Origin: the human T2T-CHM13v2.0 reference genome, Homo sapiens
Length of the DNA: 64,000 bases
Strand: one strand, 5' to 3'
Assembly (NCBI RefSeq): GCF_009914755.1
Contig: NC_060925.1
The stretch's first letter is position 1. Every line of letters starts with the position of its first letter. The notes beneath the pieces were generated by a model, which saw only the letters and a program-made list of their open reading frames with translations, ran no database searches and was not told the DNA's origin. The position numbers were made by a program, and so were the translations under genes. This document shows, in pieces, positions 56,371 to 64,000 of this stretch.

Positions 56371-56946
56371 AAGGTGGGTAGGGTTGTTCCTGGATGAGTA
56401 AAAAACAAAACAAAATTTAGAAGAACAGCACAGGGGCTGGTGATATGTTACAGTGAGCCAAAATGATGCCAAATTAAAAAGTATTAAGTGTGGACAATGT
56501 AAAAGTGGAAACTGATTTTTGAAAAAAGTAAGTAAAATGTGCTCAGATAACAAATAAATGATTTTTTTTAAAAAAAATGAATAGTAGCTCTTGAGAATCA
56601 GAACTTCTGGAACGTGGAGATGTTCCTAATACTAGCTTATGGGTGGCCAAGAATAGAAAGTGGTGTCTGAGAACTTGCGATCATCATGGTTTCAGGTGAT
56701 GTCACCCCTGGATCTGGACTTCCCACACTGGGATGCCCTCCATCACTTCCTCTGGGGTTTGTCCTCCCCATGGAGTGAGGAAGGTCCAAGTACATGCCTA
56801 TGAAAAGGTGGCTCTCAGTCCTATGCCCCCTTCTAAGCAGGACTGGGAAGGGGCTTAGCTGTTCCCGTATCCTCAGGCATAATTTATAACAGGTAGGTAT
56901 GTGGTAAGAATCGGATTTTTAAAGCTTTTGATTTTAAATTATGCAG

Positions 56947-57059
56947 GTTAAATGAGCATCCAAGCAATAATTGGAGCCCCCAGCTGAGTTACTTTGAGTA
57001 TCGAAGGTTACTGCGGAATCTCACAGCCCTCCGCATCCGAGCTACATATGGAGAATACA
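56947..57059 (+). CDS. LAMC2: LAMC2 exon 8 (113 nt), L4 domain ([37 protein letters not shown])
   Basis: ATGCAG acceptor; donor ACA|GTAAGT; in frame. Confidence 0.97.
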
Positions 57060-58017
57060 GTAAGTGGCTACGAGAAATTAATTTCTTTCTTCTTAGGTGT
57101 TAGTTTAATTTGATTCAGCTCTCTAAGGTGGCGGCAGTCTCCAAACAAGTAGATAAGTTACTTGATGATCCTGACTTAGAATCACTGATTCAATCTGAAT
57201 TTTTATATTCTAGAAGCTTTTTTAGAAGAAATGTTTCTCTAAAAAGATGTCAGCACCCAGCACCAATGAAGAGTAAATGATGCTGTCTTGCTAAAAGGGC
57301 CACTGAATTTTTATTAAAGATGATTAAGTGAGAAAGATAATCTACAATAAATGGACACATTTCCTTAGCTAGGAAATGGCACCTACAACACAGTCTTATT
57401 TATTCCTTGAGCAGCTTTTCCTTTTGAGATTATACTCCATGCTAGCCTGTCTGAGTCATCATGTATTCTATTAATTCCTTTTTTTTTTTTTTTTGAATTT
57501 CACATGTTGGGTCCTCCTAATCTCAACTGGAATTATTTAACAAGAGTTCCTTAAGCTTTTCTGCACTCACTCACCTAAAAAGGAAGCGTGGCTAGCATGC
57601 ACCATTTCCATGTCACTGATGCAGTAAATAAAGTCGGAAGCAGAAAGGTGTAACAATGTATTGACTCTTACTGTATGCCAGATAGATTATAATATATGAA
57701 TTATCTAATTTAATTTTCACAACGGACATAAGAGATAAATACCACCGTTACTTCTTGTCTATAGTTGATGAAACACAGTCATGGAGAGGCTAAGTGACTT
57801 GCCCAATTTACACAGCTAGTGAGGGTGGATTCAGAATTTAAGCCCTGGGTTTTCTGACCCCAGAGCCTGTGTGCTCAGTCACAGTGGGAGACTGCCATAC
57901 CTCTCTACATGGCATGATATATGAACACCACCTGTCTTTGTTAGGGAGTTAAGAAAAATAAAATCCCAAGAGAGATCTGACTTGAGATCTTTAGACTGTA
58001 CCACTTGCAACTTCTAA

Positions 58018-58260
<243 letters not shown>

Positions 58261-58810
58261 TGAAATGACACCTGGACCAGGTGGCTGGGGTGTCATGTGG
58301 AAGAGAGAGAGCTGTGTAAGAAAGACCATGGCTGAACTCACATCAGAGGTGGGAAAGGATTAAGGAGAGCAGAGCTGGAGTCAGGGAAGATGGACATGGT
58401 GCCTTATTACACTCAATCCTCTTCACTGTGGAAATGCCACAAAGTTGTGAGAAAGGTGCCAGGTTACAGGAAATGGTCGTCATGGTTCAGTGCTGGGTAG
58501 AAGAGTTGGTGTCGAGTTCCAAGAATTGTGTGGGGAGATCAAAGACAAGTCCGGGTCTAAATGAATGTGCCGACAAATGGTGTCAGGCCACAGAGAACAT
58601 GGGGAACAGTGTTAAGTTATGGATAGTAAAAGAAGTGAGTGTCTACTTTGCATAGGGGAGTGAGGGTGAGATTCAGGGTCTTGGCCATGTTTAGATTTGG
58701 TTCTATGGGAGGGGTGAATGCCAGTGCTCAGGCACTTTGGGGAAGGCTTCAGAAAGGAAGGCTTTGACATTCTACACTCTGACCCATGTTGAAGGAAATG
58801 TATTGTCTGA

Positions 58811-59086
<276 letters not shown>

Positions 59087-59627
59087 TGAATGTGTGCAAA
59101 TAGCTTCCATTCCGAGGAATTCCTAGGAAATTATAATGACTTCGGGTTCACCCAAATGTGCTCACTCTAAAGATAATATCTTAAAGATAAGATATTGCAA
59201 TGCCCAAGAGGTGAAGTGGATTAAGCAAGAGCAGAGTGCAATTATGGGAGAAAACACCTAAAGCTGTTTTGAGAGGTTTGTCATTAGAAGATGACATTTT
59301 CAGACCAAGCACATGGTTTGTTTCTTAATGAACTAAGATAACGAGGGAAAACTTAGTGACTTCTTAAATGTCACATCCTTCTGCTGGTCAATCTGAAAGA
59401 AGAATGGATTCTTCAGCAGCAGTTTTGGGGGTATTGCTCAAAACCTTACTACTTCTGTGGAGCTGCCTGCTTTTTCCCAGCCAGCTAGTTAAGCCTCCTA
59501 GTGGCGCTACTGTGTTCTGCAACCTGCAGTGGGCATGGAGAGAGAGGGCCAGCCCTGCCTTGCATGCCTGCTCCTGAGGGCTTTGTTCTGGGGTCCCTAG
59601 GGAAGCACATTTCTCTGGCTCTTCTAG

Positions 59628-60071
<444 letters not shown>

Positions 60072-60693
60072 TGACCAAACTGGCCTGTGAGCACCCTGGG
60101 CCTTTCTTCCTCTGTCAAAGGCCTTAAGACAGGTTTACCCTGTAGCCAGGCTCTGGAAGACAGAGCTGGGTTAAAGCTGGGTGGGAGAAGTGAAAAAGGT
60201 CAGGTTTACATTCCTACGCGGAAAAGGATGTAACACGGGGCCACATCCTATGCCCAATCCCAAGGCAGGGAGGCAGGGAAGTGGCTGCCAAACCTGTTGT
60301 AGGAGAGTAATAAATGACTTGAGAGTAAGCCTAAGCAAACTCAAGTGGGAAGGGGAGTGGGCTGTAAAATAGTTTAAGAGACTCTCTCAGGAAGTCAGCG
60401 TAATTGATGTGTAGAAAGGTAACAGTCAACAGTTCTCCTAACAAGACAGCTTCAAAGCAGCAGCTATAGTGGAGCATTCCTGAGGCCTGCTGCAGATCAA
60501 AGCATGAATGTGCAGACTGGTCCTCTTGCCCAGCGTTTCTTTCAAATCTTTGCACATGTTATATTTTAGAGGCAAGTTCAGTTCTAGAGGAGCTGGCCTG
60601 CCCCACAGACTCACCCCTCAGTCCCAGGCTGACCTTGGTGCCCAGAACTCAGGAGTTTGTTTACCCTAACTTTGTTTATAAAGTCCAGAATGG

Positions 60694-61067
<374 letters not shown>

Positions 61068-62268
61068 TCACAGCCTCCCACTCACACCAGAGTCTCCACC
61101 TTGAAGTGCTTGAGGACCTCTGCAACCTGAGGCTTCTACTTAGTGGTACAAATCCCTTCAGGAATTCTAGGCCAGACCAGCCCAGACCCCAAACTCTGGG
61201 TTAGCTGTGATATGCTAGAAAGCACCTTATGAGAGGAAAAGCCCATATGACACCAACAGGACTGAGTTCAAGTCCAGTTTTGTAACATACCTATTATATT
61301 ATGCTAATTATGCCAATTAATCCCTCTAAGCCTCAGTTTCCTTATATGTGTGATTAATATTTAACTCGAAGTGGTGGATACAAGAAAGCACACTATAAAC
61401 ACTATAATTCTAGTTATATATTCTAACTATATTCTGTCTTTAGTTTTAGCTGTAATTCTAGGTTACTAACAGAAATTTCACTGGCTTTACACCACACATT
61501 TCTTCACTCAACCATCCTTTATCAAGCACATACCATGTACCCAGTGTGGACCTAGATACTGAGGCCATAATGGTGAATAAGTCATCCCAACTCTCGAAGA
61601 GTCCGTATGATAATAAGGAAGATACACAAATATGTATGCAAATAATGATAACACACTTAGATACGTAATCAGCGTTTTGTGAGCACTGAAGATAGAACAA
61701 CTCAGAGAATCACTGTAATCATCAGAGAAGTGTCTCACCCACTATCATATCCTTAACTCCTATAACAGAACCTGGCTTAATCAATTTGGTTGAATGAGTA
61801 AAGGTATTGCTTTCTTAACTGTATTTCCTACACCAAAGGCCGCAGAACAGAGGAAAGAACATTGGCTCTGCCTGACCTCTCATTGTAGCTTGCCATTTAC
61901 TTGCCATGTAACCTCAGGCAAATTAGTCAACTTCCCTGAGCTCACATTCCTCATCTGCAAAATAGAGGGGGATGTCTACATCTGGCACGTAATGGGCCCA
62001 GAAGAAATGTTATTCACCTTGAAAGCAAAGCCAGAGTGCTTGCAGAATATCTAATAGGCTTTTAGTTTAACAGGGGGAGGAAAATGAGTGCTGCCAGAAA
62101 GGCTGTAATCTCCCTGCATCCACACACACCAGGCAAACCTGCCACATGATTCCTAAGACCTATCTGTATTAAGAAGGTGCATGGAGGTATAAAAGGATTC
62201 TCTGCTGTTGGAGGCTTGATCTCCTTCCTTGTATCTTTGCTCTACCTCCACTTTCTAGACTAGTTTGA

Positions 62269-62490
<222 letters not shown>

Positions 62491-63525
62491 TAAGTGTCCA
62501 CTGGGTGGTTCTGTCACAGATCTAGGACACTCCTAGTCTCCTGAGGATGGGAGTAGTGATTACTATTTCTGTCTTTAAAAATTGCTGCATTAAAAAAATT
62601 CTGTATAATGATAATACTTCAGGTTTATGTCTTTATATATACCATTTTCAAAACCTCTTTTGCAGATACTGTTTCATTTGGTACTCATGATAACTTAGTT
62701 GAGTTGAAAGGAAAAGTATTCTGACCTCAGTTTTCACTGGTCAAATAAAGTCTCAAAATACTTGAAATTTTTCAAAGTGATATGGGTAGGTGGAACTGGG
62801 AATCCCACCCATGTCCCCTAACTTAGTTCAGGGCTCTTCCCACTATAATATTTCACTTTCCAGCTCGATTTCTTTTCAACAGATGTCTTTGTAAAACAAA
62901 TGAAGAAAAACATAAACATAAAAGATATCAGGAGTCCAGAAAGTATCAAGGCTTCCCAAAAAGGAATGGCCTCCAGAAATTTCTCATTTGAATTACAGAG
63001 AAGAATGAACTTGATGTTCTTGTTAATTATTAACTATTTTTCTTCCTGGAATGAGGATTGGGGAAGACAAAGGCCCAAACAGAACTCCAAATGTAGAGCA
63101 AACTCAACTTGTTTTTCAAACTGATCTATTTAACAAGCCTTTTACGCACTTCCTTTGTGTCAGGCACTGTTCTCTTGTCTCTAGCTTGCAACTGCTTTCA
63201 CTTTACAAATATTAACTGCATTTTGAGCTTTATAGATGTTAACCCAGGTAGTCCAAGTAATAACTTTAGGAGACACTATTCTTATTTTCATTATCCTAAT
63301 TTTATAGATAAAGAAAGTGACTTGCCCAAGGTCATACAGCTAGTGAGTAGTGAGGCCAGGATTCAAACTCAAGGACTCTCTAGGCTCCAGGGTCTAAAAT
63401 TTTAACCACCATGACATGCTAAGCATTTCTGGACTTTTAGTATTATCCCCTGGGTACCTGGTATTGGATGATCCCTTGGGTACATGGTCTCCACCCTCGT
63501 TCTGATCTTTCCTGTGTGGTTTCAG

Positions 63526-63682
63526 ATGGATCAGTTTATGCAGCAGCTTCAGAGAATGGAGGCCCTGATTTCAAAGGCTCAGGGTGGTGATGGAGTAGTA
63601 CCTGATACAGAGCTGGAAGGCAGGATGCAGCAGGCTGAGCAGGCCCTTCAGGACATTCTGAGAGATGCCCAGATTTCAGAAG
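63526..63682 (+). CDS. LAMC2: LAMC2 exon 13 (157 nt), start of coiled coil ([16 protein letters not shown]...AQISE)
   Basis: TTTCAG acceptor; donor AAG|GTGATG; heptad-like Q/L/E-rich sequence. Confidence 0.96.
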
Positions 63683-63990
63683 GTGATGAAGGCCAACTTC
63701 CCTTCAGACAGAAGAGAATTCATAGTCCTAGAAGGAATGGCTACGTTAGGTCATAGAATCTTCTATGGATATCAGTTCAGCAGTTATCTCCAGCCAGCCC
63801 TTGCAGAAGTGGAAGGACTGTCTGTGGCATTCCCCCTGGGATCTGAATGATGGTGATAAAAGAATGGTTGGATGCATTTCTCTATTGGGTTTTTGTCATT
63901 TGACCATAAGCCAGTCAACCCTCCGTTATGTTTGCTAACTCTATGCTGACCCAGAAAGTGCTCATGCTCCCTTTCCTTCTTTGCGTTCAG

Positions 63991-64000
63991 GTGCTAGCAG
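63991..64000 (+). CDS. LAMC2: LAMC2 exon 14, first 10 nt (truncated by window end)
   Basis: polypyrimidine tract + TTCAG|GTGCTAGCAG; continues frame as G-A-S. Confidence 0.85.

Noticed and set aside
59490-59510. CTCF-like motif (reverse strand CCACTAGGAGGC)
   Set aside because: Partial match only; cannot be supported without ChIP data.

Overview
Primate (very likely human) genomic DNA containing about 17.6 kb of upstream sequence, the promoter, and exons 1-13 plus the first 10 nt of exon 14 of LAMC2 (laminin gamma-2) on the + strand. All 13 introns are GT-AG. The exons join into one open frame (c.1-2024) encoding the signal peptide, LE (laminin-EGF) repeats, the L4 domain, further LE repeats and the start of the coiled coil. 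Most of the rest is interspersed repeat: about 34 Alus, L1/L2/L3 and MIR fragments, MaLR and MER4-type solo LTRs, and hAT MITEs. Nearly all other ORFs in the track are repeat-derived or chance. I found no convincing new functional system. The three most unusual observations are: (1) a heavily decayed Ty3/Gypsy-type pol relic with RT, RNase H and integrase motifs in order, about 7-10 kb upstream of LAMC2; (2) a 276-bp polyadenylated insert with a 12-bp TSD inside the linker of an intron-1 Alu, which looks like a retrocopied mRNA 3' end; (3) a 128-bp, 89%-identical ungapped inverted repeat in intron 1 enclosing about 1.5 kb with enhancer-like motifs. Repeat subfamily calls come from recalled consensus features, not from a search, and repeat boundaries are approximate.
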